Assembly: GCF_009914755.1 (NCBI RefSeq)
Contig: NC_060931.1
Source: the human T2T-CHM13v2.0 reference genome, Homo sapiens
Strand: one strand, 5' to 3'
DNA: 64,000 nucleotides
The notes under the pieces were generated by a model. It had not been told where the DNA came from. It ran no database searches and saw nothing but the letters and a program-made list of their open reading frames with translations. Below, piece by piece: positions 43,301-57,700 of the stretch; position 1 is the first letter of the stretch, and every line of letters begins with the position of its first letter. A program made the translations under genes and the position numbers.

Positions 43301-46300
43301 CCTCAAAGAGCTCCCAAATGTCCATTCACAGAATGGACAAAAACAGTGTTTAAAAGCTGCTGAAACAAAAGAATGGTTTAACCCTGTGAGACGAGTGCAA
43401 ACATCACAAAGCAGTTTTTCAAAAAGATTTTTTATAGTTTCTATTTCAAGATGATTTTTTTCAACCATAGGCCTCTGTTCACTCCCAAATGTCCATTTGT
43501 AGATTCTAAAAAAAACAGTGTTTCCAAACTGCTGAAAGAAAAATAAGATTTACATCCTCAAGCTGAATGCACACATCACAAAGAGCTTCCTTCTGCTTTT
43601 ATAGCTTCCTCAGATAGCTTCCTTCTGTTTTTATACTATGATGTTCACCTTATTGCCATTGGCCTCAATGAGCTCCCAAAAGTCCATTGACAGAATTGAC
43701 AAAAACAGTGTTTCCAAACTGCTGAACCAAAAGAAAGTTTTAACTCTGTGCAGTGAATGCACACATCACAAAATGGTTTCTCAGATAGCTTCCTTCCAGT
43801 TTTAATCCTGGGATATTTGCTTTTTCCCCATTGGTCTCAATGAGATCCCAAATATCCATTCATAGAATGGACAAAAACAGTGTTTCCAAACTGCTGAATC
43901 AATAAAAGGTTTAACTCTGTGCAATGAATGCACACATCACAAAGCAGTTTTTCAGAAAGCTTCTTTCTAGTTTTTACCTGAAGACATTTTCTTTTTCATC
44001 ATAAGCCGCACGGTGCTCCCAAATATTTATTTGCAGATTCCACAAATACAATTTTTCCAAACTGCTTAATGAAAAGAAAGGTTTATCTCTGCGAGATAAA
44101 TGCACACATCACAAAGACTTTTCTCTGTCAGCTTCTTTCTGGTTTCTTCCTGGGATATTCATTTTTTCGCCATTAACCTCAAAGAGCTCCTAAATGCCCA
44201 TTCACAGAAAGGAAAAAAGCAAAGTTTCAAAACTTCAGAATGAAAGAAAAGGTTTAACTCTGCAAGATGAATGCACACGTCACAAAGCAGTTTCTCAGAT
44301 AGCATCCTCTTGTTTTTATTCTGGGTTTTTTTCTTTTTTGCCATTGGCCAAATGAGCTCCCAAATATCCAGACGAAAACAGTTTTTCCAAACTACTCAAT
44401 CAAAAGAAAGTTTTAACTATGTAAGATGCATGCACACACAGCAAAGAAGTTTCTCAGAAAGCTTCTTTCTGGTTTTTATCTGAAGATATTTTCTTTTTCA
44501 TCACAGGCCTCAAGGTGTTCCCAAATATCCCTTGGCAGATTCTGCAAAACCAGTGTTTCAAAACTGCTGAATGAAAAGAAAAGTTTAACTCAGAGAGAAG
44601 AATGCACACATCACAAAGCAGTTTCTCATATAGCTCACTTCTACTTTTTATCTGTTGATATTCCCTTTTTCACCATTGGCCTCAATGAGCAACCATATGT
44701 CCACTCACACAATGGACAAAAATAGTGTTTCAAAACTGCGGAATGAAAAGAAAGGTTTAACTCAGTGAGATGAGTTTACATATCACATAAAGGTTTCTCA
44801 GATAGCTTCCTTCTACTTTTCATCCTGGGATATTCGATTTTTTGTCATTGGCCTGAATGAGCTCTGAAATGTCCATTCCCAGAATGGAAAAAATCAGTTT
44901 TTCCAAACTGCTAAGTCTAAAGAAAGGTGTAACTTTGTGAGATGAATGCACAGAACACAAAGCAGTTCCTCAGAAACTATTTTTCGACTTTTTATCTGAT
45001 GATAGTTTCTTTTTCACCATAGGCCTCAATTTGCTCCCAAATATCTTATACCAGATCCTACAAAAACAGTTTTTCCAAACTTCTTAACGAAAATAAAGAT
45101 ATACCTCTGCAAGACGAATGCACACATCACAAAGAGGTTCCTGAGATAGCTTCTTTCTGGTTTTCTTCGTGGGATATTCACTTTTTCGACTTTGGCCTCA
45201 AAGAGCTCCCAAATGTCTTTTCACAGAATGGACAAAAACATTGTATCCAAGTTGCTGAATCGAAAGTAAGTTTTAACTCTGTGAGATAAATGTCCACATC
45301 ACAAAGCGGTTTCTCATATACATTCTTTCTGTTTTATTCGGTGATATTCACTTTTTCGCCTTTTGCCTCAATGAGCTCCCAAAGGTCCATTTGCAGAATA
45401 AACGAAAATAGTGTTTCTAAACTGCTGAATCAAAAGAAAGGTTTAACACTGCAAGATGAAGGCACACATCACAAAACAGTTCCTTAGATAGCTTCCTTCT
45501 AGTTTTTAACTTGGGATATTCACTCTTTCACCATTGGCCTCAATGAGCTCCCAAATTTGCATTCCCAGATTGGACAAATAAAGTGTTTCCAAACTGCTGA
45601 ATCAAAAGAAAAGTTTAAATCTGTCAGGTGAATGCACACATCACAAAGAAGTTTCTCAGAATGCTTCTTTCTAGTTTTTATCTGCAGATATTTTCTTTTT
45701 GAACAAAGACCTCAATGTGCTCCCAAATAAACCTTTGCAGAGGCTACAAAAACAGTTTTTCCAACCTGATTAATGAAAGGAAATGTTTACCTCTGTGAGA
45801 TGAATGAACACATCACAAAAAGATTTCTAATATAGCTTACTTCTAGTTTTCATCCTGAAACATTCCCCTTTTCACTATTGGCCTCAATGAGCTCCAAGTT
45901 GTCTGTTCGGAGACTCTACAAAAACTGTGTTACCAAACTGCTGAATGAAAAGAAATATTTAACTCCTCAAGCTGAATGCACACATCACAAAGCACTTTTT
46001 GAGATGGCTTCCTTTTCGTTTTTATCCTGGGATATTCAATATTCACCATAGGCCTTAGTGAGCTCCCATATGGCCATCCGCAGAATGGATATAAACAGTG
46101 TTTCCAAACTGTTGAATCAAAAGAAAAGTTTGACTCTGTGAGAGGAATTCACATATCTCAAAGCAGTTTCTCAGAAAGCTTCTTTCTAGTTTTTAATCTG
46201 AAGATATTTTCTTTTTCACCATAGGCCTCAATGAGCTATGCAAGTATAACTTCACAAATTCTACAAAAACAACGTTACCAAACTGCTGAATGAAATATAT

Positions 46301-49068
46301 GATTTAACTCCATGAGCTGAATACACACATCACAAAGAGGTTTCTCAGATAGTGCCTTGTAGTTGTTTCCTGGAATATTCATTTTTTTCACCTTTTGCCT
46401 CAATGAGCTCCAAAAAGTCCATTTGCTGAATGCACAAAAACAGTGTTTCCAAACTGCTGAGTCAAAAGAAAGATTAAACTCTGCTAGATGAATGCAAACA
46501 TCACAAAAGGGTTTCTCAGATAGCTTCCTCGTAGTCTTTATCTGGGGATATTTTCTTTTTCACCATTGTCCTCAATGAGCTCCCAATTGTCCATTTGGAG
46601 ATTCTACAAAACCCGTGTTACCAAACTGCTGAAGAAAAAAAAAATATTTAATGCCTCAAACTAAATGCACACGTCAAAAAGCGATTTCTGATATAGCTTC
46701 AACTAGTTTTTATCCTGGGATATTCACTGTTTCACCATAGGCCTTAATGAGCTCCTGTATGGCCATCCACAGGAATGGACATAAACAGTGTTTCCAAACT
46801 GCTGAATCAAAAGAAATGTTTACCTCTGTGAGACAAATGCACACATCACAAACAGTTTCTCAGAGAGCTTCTTTCTATTTTTTACCTGAAGATAATTTAT
46901 TTTACACCATAGGCCTCAATGTGCTCCCAAACATCCCTTTGCAGATTCTACAAAAAAAGTGTTTCCAAACTGCTGAATAAAAAGAAGGGTTTAACTCTGT
47001 GAGATGAATGCAAAAATCACAAGGTGGTTTCTCAGATAGCTTCCTTTTAGTTTTTATACTGGGACATTTGATTTTTTGCCATTGGCCTCAATGAGCTCCC
47101 AGATGTTCATACTCAGAATGGACAAAAACAGTGTTTCCAAACTGTTGAATTGAAAGAAAAGTTTAATTCTGTGAGGTGAGTGCACACATCTAAAAGCAGT
47201 TTCTCAGCAATTTTCTTTCTTGTTTTTATCTGAAGATATTTTCTTTTGGACCATAGGCCTCAATGCGGTATGCAAATAACCCTTCACATGGTCTACAAAA
47301 ACAATGTTTCCAAACTGCTGAATGAAATGTAGGACTTAACTCCATGAGCTGAATATGCACATCACAAAGCAGTTTCTCAGATAGTGCCTTGTAGTTTTTT
47401 CCAGGGATATTCTCTTTTTCACCTTTTGCCTCAATGAGCTCCAAAATGTCTATTCACAGAATGCACAAAAACAGTGTTTGCAAACTGCTGAATCAAAAGA
47501 AAGGTTTAACTCTGCAAGATGAATGCACACATCACAAAGCAATTTCTCAGATAGCTTCTTTGTAGTTTTTTTCTGACAATATTTTCTTTTTCAACATAGG
47601 CCTCAATGTGCTCCAAAATATCTCTTTGCAGATTCTACAAAAACAGCATTTCCAATCTGCTGAATGAAAAGAAATGTTTAACTCTGCGAGATGAATGGAC
47701 ACATCACAAAGGAGTTTCTCAGGTAGCTTCTTTCTAGTTTTAATCCTAGGATAATCACTTTTTAGCCATTGGCCTCAGTGAGCTCACAAATGTCCACTCA
47801 CAGAATGGACAAAAACAATGTTTCCAAACTGCTGAATGAAAAGAAAATGTTTATCTCTGTGAGATGAATGCACACAACACAAAGCAGTTTCTCAAAAAGT
47901 TTCATTCTAGTTTTTATCTGAAGATATTTTCTTTTTCACCACAGGCCTTAACATGCTCACAAATTTTCCTTCACGGATCCTACCAAAGCAGTCTTTCCAA
48001 ACTGCTGAATGAAAAGAAAGGTTTATCTCTACGAGATGAATCCACACATCACAAAGGGGTGTCTAAGATAGTTTCCTTCTAGTTTTTATCCTTGAATATT
48101 CACTTTTTCACTATTGGCCTCAATGAGCTCCCAAATATCCAATTGCAGAATAGAGAAAAACAGAGTTTACAAACTGCTGAGTCAAAATAACGTTTTAACT
48201 ATGTGAATTAAATGCACCCATCACAAAGCAGTTTCTCAGAAAACTTCTTTCTAGTTTTTATCTGAAGATATATCCTTTCTCACCGTAGGCCTCAAGGCGC
48301 TCCAAAATATCCCTTCTGAGATTCTACAAAAACATTGTTTCCAAACTGCTAAATAAAAAAGAATGCTTTAAATCTGTGAGATGAATGCACCATTACCAAA
48401 GCAGTTTCTCAGAATGCTTCTTTCTAGTTTTTATCCGAAGATGTTTTCTATTTCACCATAGGCCTCAATGGGCTCCCAAATATACCTTCATCGATTCTGC
48501 AATAACAGTGTTTCCAAACAGCTGAATGAAAAGGAAGTTTTTAAACTGTGAAGTGAATGTACACATCACAAAGCTGTTTCTCAAAAGCTTCTTTCTAGTT
48601 TTTATGTGAAGATATTTCCTTTTTCACCAAAGGCCTCAATGTGTTCCCATATATCCCTTTGCAGCTTCTACAAAAACAGTGTTTCCAAACTGCTGCATGA
48701 AAAGAAAGTTTTAACTCTGTGAGATTTATGCACACATCACAAAGCAGTTTCTCAGATAGCTTCTCCTTGTCCTTATCCTGGGATATTCGCATTTTTGCCA
48801 TTAGCCTCAATGTGCTCTTAAATATCCATTTGCAGAATAGAGAAAAAGATTGTTTCCAAACTGCTGAATCAAAGGAAAGTTTTAGCTCTGTGGAATGAAT
48901 GCACACATCACAAAGCAGTTTGCCAGAAAGCTTCATTGCAGTTTTGATCCTGGGATTTTCACTTTTTCATCACTGGCTTCAATGAGCTCACAAGTATCCA
49001 TTCACAGAAAGGATAAAAACAGGGTTTCCAAACTGCTGAATCAAAAGAAAGTTTTACTCTGCAAGATA

Positions 49069-49432
49069 AATGCACACATCACAAAGTGGATTCTCAGGTA
49101 GTTTGCTTCTAGTTTTTATCCTTTGATATTAACTTTTTCACCTTTGGCCTCAATGAGCTCCCAAATGTCCACTCACAGAATGGACAAAAACAGTGTTTCC
49201 AAACTGCTGAATCAAAAGAAAGATTTCACATTGTGAGATGAATGCACACATCACAAAGTGGATTCTCAGGTAGCTTGCTTCTAGTTTTTATCCTTTGATA
49301 TTCACTTTTTCACCATTGGCCTCAATGAGCTCCCAAAAGTCCATTCACAGAATGGACAAAAACAGTGTTTCCAAACTGCTGAATCAGAAGAAAGATTTCA
49401 CACTGTGAGATGAATTCACACATCACAAAGTG
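49069..49432 (-). repeat. Tandem duplication of one 172-bp monomer
   Basis: AAAGTGGATTCTCAGGTAG(T/C)TTGCTTCTAG..CCTTTGATATT..AAAGATTTCACA repeats at offset 172. Confidence 0.88.
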
Positions 49433-52226
49433 ATTTCTCATATAGCTTCCTTCTAGTTTTTATCCTTAGATATTAGCTTTTTTGCCATTGGTCTCAATGA
49501 GCTCCCATATGTCCATTCAAAGAATGGACAAAAAGAGTGTTTCCAAACTGCTGAATCAGAGGAAAGTTTTAACTCTGTGAGAGGAATGCACACATCACAA
49601 GGCAGTTTCTAAGAAAGTTTCTTTCTAGTTTTTATCTGAAGATATTTTCTTTTTCACCGTAGGCCTCAATGCACTCCCATATATCCCTTTGAGGATTCTA
49701 CAAAAACAGTGTTTCAAACAGCTGAATGAAAAGAAATGTTTAACTCTCTGAAATGAATGAACATATCACAAAGTGGTTTCTCAGATAGCTTCCTTCTAGT
49801 TTTTATCCTGGGTATCTTCTTTTTCACCACAGTCCTCAATAAGCTCCGAAAAGTCCATTCACAGAATGGACAAAAACCGAGATTTCAAACTGCTGAATCA
49901 AAAGAAAGTTTTCACTGTGAGATGAACACACACATTCAAAAATGGTTTCTCATAGGTTCCTTCTAGTTGTTATTTTTTGGATATTTGCATTTTTGCTATT
50001 GGCCTCAATGAGCTCCCAAACTTTGCAAGATGAATACACACATCACAACATGGCTTCTCAGATAGCTCCCTTCTACATTTTATCCTGGGATGTTCACTTT
50101 TTTCACCTTTGGCCTCAGTTATCACCCAAATGTCCATTGGCACATTGGAAAAAACAGTGTTTCCTAACTGCTCAATTAAAAGAAAGTTTGATCTCCGTGA
50201 GATGAATGTAAACGTCACAAAACGATTTCTCAGATAGCTTCCTTCTAGTATTTATCTGAAGATATTTTCCTTTTCACCATATGCCTCAATGCACTCCCAA
50301 ATATCCCTTCACAGATTCTACAAAAACAGTGTTTCCCTACTGCTGAATGAAAAGAAATGTTTAAGCCAGTGAGACAAATGCACACAACACAAAAAGGTTT
50401 CCCATATAGCTTCCTTCTTGTTTTTATCCTTGGATATTCGCTCTTTTGCAATTGGCCTCAATGAGCCCAACATGTCCATTTGCAAAATGGACAAAAACAG
50501 TATTTTCACACTGCTGAATTTAAAGAAAGGTTTAAATCTGTGGGATGAATAGACATATCACAAAGCAGTTTCTCACAAAGCTTCTTTCCCATTTTTTTCA
50601 GAAGATAATTTCTTTAACACCATAGACCTCAATGCTCTCTCAAATATCAATTCGCTAATTCCACAAAAACAGTGTTTCCAAACTGCTCAATGAAAAGAAA
50701 TATTTAATTATGAGAGATGAATGGACCCATCACAAAGCGTTTTCTCAGATAGCTTCCTTCCAGTGAATATCCTTCTATATTCGCTTTTTCGCCATTGGCC
50801 ACAAAGAGCTCCAAAATGGCCATTAGCATAATGGAAATAAACATTGTTTCCAATCTGCTGAATGAAAATAAACGTTTAACTCTGTGACACGAAAGTACAC
50901 ATCACAAAGCAGTTTCTCAGAGTGCTTCTTTCTAGTTTTTATGTGACAATATTTCCTTTTTCACTATAGGCCTCAATGCACTGCCAAATATCCCTTCACA
51001 GATTCTACAAAAACAGTCTTTCCAAACTGCCAAATGAAAAGCAGGTTTTAACTCTGTGAAGTGAATGCACACATCACAAAACGGTTTCTCAGGTTGCTTC
51101 CTTCTAGTTTTCATCCTTGGATATTCACTTTTTCAACATTGGCCTCAATGAGCTCCCAAATGTCCATTTATAGTATGGACAAAACACTATTTCCAAACTG
51201 CTGAATCTAAAGAAAGGTTTAACCCTGTGAGATGAATGCACAGCTCACAAAGCATTTTCTCATAGCTTCTTTCTAGTTTTAATCTGAAAATATTTCCTTT
51301 TTCAGCAAAGGCCTCCATATGCTCCTAAATTACCCTTTTGCAGATTCTACAAAAACAGTGTTTCCAAACCACTAAGTTAAAAAAAGGTTTAACTCTGCAA
51401 TGTGATGGCACATTTTATTGAGCAGTTTCTCAGATAGCTTCCTTCTAGTATTTTTCCTGGGGTATTCTCTTTTTTGCCATTGGTTTCAATGAGCTCTGAA
51501 ATGTCCACTCACAGAATGGGAAAAAAAAAACAGTGTTTCCAAAGCGCTGAATCAAAAGAAAGGTTTACCTCTCTGAGATGAATGCACACATCAGAATGTC
51601 ATTTCTCATAAATCTTCTTTCTAGTTTTTATTAGAAGATATTTTCTTTTGCACCAAAGTCCTCAATGCACTCCCACATATCACTTTGCAGATACTAAAAA
51701 AATAGTGTTTACAAACTGCTCAATGAAAAGAAAGGTTTAACTCTGTGAGATAAATGCACACATCACAATGTGGTTTCTCAGATAGTTTCCTTCTATTTTT
51801 TTTCCTGGTATATGCCCTTTTTCACATTGTCCTCTATGAACTACCAAATATCAATTCACAGAATGGACCAAAACAGTGTTTCAAAACTGCTGAATCAAAA
51901 GAAAGGTTTAAACCTTTGAGAAGAATGCACATATCACAAATTGGTTTCTCAAATGGCTTCCTTCTAGTTTTTATCCCAGGATATTCGCTTCTTTGTCATT
52001 GGCCTCAATGAGCTCCCAAATGTCCATTCGAAGAAAGGAAAAAGACAGTGTTTGAAAACTGATGAATAAAGCAAAGTTTTAACTCTGTGAAATGAATGCA
52101 CACATCACAAAGCAGTTTCTCAGAAAGCTAATTTCTAGTTTTTATCTGAAGTTATTTTCTGTTTCACCTTAGGCCTCTATGCGCTCCTAAATATCCCTTT
52201 GAAGGATCTACAAAAATAGTGTTTCA

Positions 52227-52528
<302 letters not shown>

Positions 52529-53641
52529 TAGTGTTTCAAACAGCTGATTGAAAAAGAAAGGTTTAACTCTCTGAGGTGAATGAACATATCACAAAACTGT
52601 TTCTCAGATAGTTTCCTTCTAATTTTTATCCAGGAATATTTGCTTTTTCACCACTGGCTTCAATAAGCTCCCAAATATCCATTCCCAGAATGGACAAAAA
52701 CAGAGTTTCCAAATTGTTGAATCAAAAGAAAATGTGAGCTCTGTGAGAGAATGCACACTTTCCAAAGCAGTTTCTCATAGTTTCCTTCTAGTTTTTATTT
52801 TTGGAAATTTACTCTTTTGCTATTGGCCTCAATGATCTCCCATTCACAGAATGGACAAAAAGTATGATTCCAAACTGCTGAATGATAAAAAGGTTTAAAT
52901 TTGTGAGATGAATGTGCACATCACCAATCGGTTTCACAAATAGTTTCCTTGTAGTTTTTATCCTTGGATATTTGCTTTTTTTCCATTGGCCTAAATGAGC
53001 TCCCAATTGACCATTCGCAGAATGGGCAAAAACAGTGTTTCCAAACTGCTGAATCAAAAGAAAGGTTTAAATTTGTGAGATGAATGCACACACCACAAAG
53101 CAGTTACTAAGGAAGCTCCTTTCTAGTTTTTATCTGAAGATATTTTCTTTTCTCAATAGGCCTCAATGCCCTCCAAAATACACCTTCACAGATTCTACAA
53201 AAACACTGTTTCCAAACAGCTGAATAAAAATAAACATTTACTTCTGAAAAATGAATACACACATCACAACACGGTTTCTCAGCTCCCTTCAAAGTTTTAT
53301 CCTTTGATATTCTTTTTTTTTCACCACTGGCCTCAATTCACTCTCAAATGTCCATTCACAGATTGGACAAAAACAGTTTCTCCAAATGGCTCAATTAAAA
53401 CAGTTTTATTTCTGTGAGACAAATGCAAACATCACAAAGCAGATTCTCAGATAGCTTCCTTATAGTTTTTATCTTAGAATATTTTCTTTTTTGCCATTGG
53501 CCCCAAGGAGCTCCCAACTATCCATTCTCAGAATGGACAAAACAGTGTTTCCAAACTGCTGAATGAAAAGAAGAGTTTAACTCAGTGAGATGAATGCACA
53601 CATCACAATGCAGTTCCTCAGAAAGCTTTTTTCTGATTCTT

Positions 53642-54762
53642 TTTTTTCTTTCTTTTTTTTTCTTTTATTATTATACTTAAATTTTAGGGTACATGTGCAC
53701 ATTACGGAGGTTAGTTACATATGTATACATGTGCCATGCTTGTGCACTGCACCCACTAACTCGTCATCTAGCATTAGGTATATCTCCCAATGCTATCCCT
53801 CCTCCCTCCCCCCACCCCACAACAGTCCCCAGAGTGTGATGTTCCCCTTCCTGTGTCCATGTGATCTCATTGTTCAATTCCCACCTGTGAGTGAGAATAT
53901 GCGGTGTTTGGTTTTTTGTTCTTGCGATAGTTTACTGAGAATGACGATTTCCAATTTCATCCATGTCCCTACAAAGGACATGAACTCATCCTTTTTTATG
54001 GCTGCATAGTATTCCATGGTGTATATGTGCCACATTTTCTTAATCCAGTCTATCATTGTTGGACATTTGGGTTGGTTCCAAGTCTTTGCTATTGTGAATA
54101 GTGCCGCAATAAACATACGTGTGCATGTGTCTTTATAGCAGCATGATTTATAGTCCTTTGGGTATATACCCAGTAATGGGATGGCTGGGTCAAATGGTAT
54201 TTCTAGTTCTAGATCCCTGAGGAATCGCCACACTGACTTCCACAATGGTTGAAGTAGTTTACAGTCCCACCAACAGTGTAAAAGTGTTCCTATTTCTCCA
54301 CATCCTCTCCAGCACCTGTTGTTTCCTGACTTTTTAATGATTGCCATTCTAACTGGTGTGAGATGGTATCTCATTGTGGTTTTGATTTGCATTTCTCTGA
54401 TGGCCAGTGATGATGAGCATTTTTTCATGTGTTTTTTGGCTGCATAAATGTCTTCTTTTGAGAAGTGTCTGTTCATATCCTTCACCCACTTTTTAATGGG
54501 GTTGTTTGTTTTTTTCTTGTAAATTTGTTTGAGTGCATTGTGGATTCTGGATATTAGCCCTATGTCAGATGAGTAGGTTGCGAAAATTTTCTCCCATTTT
54601 GTAGGTTGCCTGTTCACTCTGATGGTAGTTTCTTTTGCTGTGCAGAAGCTCTTTAGTTTAATTAGATCCCATTTGTCAATTTTGGCTTTTGTTGCCATTG
54701 CTTTTGGTGTTTTAGACATGAAGTCCTTGCCCATGCCTATGTCCTGAATGGTATTGCCTAGG
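53642..54762 (-). mobile_element. 5'-truncated L1PA2 (~1.12 kb), 17-bp TSD; contains the ORF2 C-terminal remnant 53874-54734
   Basis: CCCACTAACTCGTCATCTAGC gives the GAG diagnostic (not L1HS). TSD GCTTTTTTCTGATTCTT at 53625-53641 and 54762-54778. Confidence 0.92.
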
Positions 54763-57700
54763 CTTTTTTCTGATTCTTATCTGAAGATATTTTCCTTTTC
54801 ACCACAGGCCACAATGCACTCCCAAATATCCCTTTGTGGATTCTACAAAAACAGTGTTTCTAAACCACTGAATGAAAAGAAATGTTTAAGTCGGCGAGAC
54901 AAATGCACACATCACAAAGAAGTTTCTTAGATAGGTTCCTTCTAGTTTTTATCCTTGGATATTCACTCTTTTGCAATTGGCCTAAATGAGCTCAAAAATG
55001 TCCATTCGAAAAATGGACAAAAACAGTGTTTCCAAACTGCTGAATGTGAAGAAAGTTTTAACTCTGTGAGATGAATGGCCACATCACAAAGCAATTTCTC
55101 ACAAAGGTTCTTTCCCATTTTTTCCAAAAATATTTTCTTTTTCTCCATAGGCCTCAATGCACCCCCAAATATCAATTCACAAGTTCTACAAAAACAGTGT
55201 TTCCAAACTGCTCAATGAAAAGAGAATTTTAACTATGTGAGATTAATGCACAGTTCACAAAGCAGTTTCTCAGATACCTTTCTTCTTGTTTTTATCCCTT
55301 GTCACCATTGGCTTCAATGATCTCCCAAATGTCCATTTGCAGAATTGACAAAAACTCTGTTTCCAAACTGCAAACTGCCAAATCAAAAGAAAGCTTTAAC
55401 TCTGTGAGATGAATGCACACGTCACAAAGCAGTTCCTCAGAAAGCTCATTTCTAGTGTTTATCTGAAGTTATTTTCTGTTTCACCTTAGGCCTCTATGTG
55501 TTCCTAAATATCCCTTCACAGTTTCTACAAAAACAGTTTCTCCAAACTGCTGAGGGAAAATGAAGGTTTAACTCTGTGAGGTGAATGCACACATCACCAA
55601 GAGAGTTCTCTGATTGCTTTCTTCTAGTTTTTACCCTCGGATATTCGCTTTTTCGCCATTGGCCTCAAATAGCTCTGAAATGTCCATTCGCAGAATAGAC
55701 AAAAACTGTGTTTCCAAACTGCTGAATCAAAAGAAAGGTTTAACTCTGTGAGTTGATGGCACACTTCAAAAAGTAGTTTCTCAGAAAGCTTCTGTCTAGT
55801 TTTTATTTGAAAATATTTCCTTTACAACCGTTGGCCTCCATGCACTCCAAAATATCCTTATGCAGATTGAATAAAAACCGTGTTTAAAACTGCTGAATAA
55901 AAAGAAAGCTTTACACATGACAATGTGATTTCTCAGATAGCTTCATTCTAGTTTTTAACCTGGGATATTAGCTTTTTTGCCAATGACCTCAATGAGCTCC
56001 CAAATATCCATTCACAGAAAGGAAAAAAAACTATTTACAAACTGCTGAATCAAAGAAAGATTTAAATCTATGCAATGAATGCCCCCATCACAAAGTGGTC
56101 TCAAGGAACTCTCAAGTGTCCATTTGCAGAATGCCCAAAAACAGTGTTTCAAAACTGTTGTATCAAAAAAAGGTTTAACTTTGTGAAATGAATGCACACA
56201 TCACAAAGCAATTTCTCAGATAGCTTCCTTCTAGATTTCATCCTGGGATAGTCTCTTTTTCACCATTGGCTTAATGACCTTTCAAATGTCCATTTGCAGA
56301 AAGTACAAAAATAGTGTTACCAAACCGCTGAATCAAAAGCAATGTTAAACTCCGTGAGATGAATGAGCATACTGAAAAGTGGCTTCTCCAGTAGCTTCCT
56401 TCTTGATTTTATCCTGGGATATTTGCTTTATCACCATTGGACTCAATGAGCTCGCAAATGACCGCATGCAGAATGGACAAAAACAGTGTTTCCAAACTGC
56501 TGAATCAAAAGAATGGTTTAACTCTTTGAGATGAATGCAAACATCACATCTCAGAAAGTTACTTTCTAGTCTTTTTCTGAAGATATTTTCTTTTTCACCA
56601 TATGCCACAATGCTCTCCCAAATACCTCTTAACTGATTCTACAAAAACAGTATTTCTAAACTGCTGAATGAACAGAAAGTTTACCTCTGTGAGATGAATG
56701 CACACATCACAATGCTGTTTCTCAGATAAATTCCTTATAGTTTTCATAATGGGATATTCGGTTTTTCGCTATTGCCCTCAATGAGCTCCCAAATGTACAT
56801 TCACGGAATGAACAAAAACTGTGTTTCCAAACTGCTGAATCAAAAGAATGGTTTAACTCTTGGAGATGAATGAAAGCATCACAAAGCAGTTTCTCAGAAA
56901 GTTTCTTTCTAATTTTTATATATGAAGATATTTTCTTTTTCACTATAGGCCACAATGTGCTCCCAAATATCCCATCACAGATTCTAACAAAAGAGTGCTT
57001 TAAAACTGCTCAATAAAAGGAAAGATTTAATTCTCTGAGATGAAGGCACACATCACAAATTGGTTCCTCATATAGCTTCCTTTTGGATTTGCCCTGGGAT
57101 TATCGCACTTTCATCATTGACCTCAAAGAGCTCCCAAATGTCCATTCACAGAAAGGACTAAAACAGTGTTTCCAAACTGCTGAATCAAAGAAACTTTTAA
57201 ATCTGCGTGATGAATACACCCATCACAAAGCGATTTCTCATACAGCTTCCTTCTAGTTTTTATCCTTGGATATTCACTTTTTCACCATTGGTCTCAAGGA
57301 GCTCCCAAGTGTACATTCACAAAATGGACAAAACCAGTATTTCAAAACTGCTGAATCCAAGGAAAGGTTTAATTCAGTGAGGTGCATGTACACATCACAA
57401 AGCAGTTTCTCAGAAAGATTATTTCTAGTTTTTATCTAAATATATTTACTTTTTCACCATAGGCATCAATGCACTCCCAAATATTTCTTAGCAGATGCTA
57501 AAAAACAAAAAAAAAACTTTCCAAACTGCTAAATGAAACGAAATGTTTAACTCTGCTTGGTGAATGCACATATCACAAAACCGTTTATCAGATAGGTTCC
57601 CTCTAGTTTTTGTCCTGTGATATTCATTTTTTTGCCATTGGCCTCAATGAGCTCCCATATGTCCATTCACAGAATGGACAAAATAACTGCTGAATCGAAA

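Noticed and set aside
53874-54734. 286-aa open ORF2 C-terminal frame that could complement the truncated 904-aa ORF2
   Set aside because: It is a promoterless 5'-truncated copy starting at an internal Met. An open frame is expected in a young L1PA2, and nothing suggests expression.
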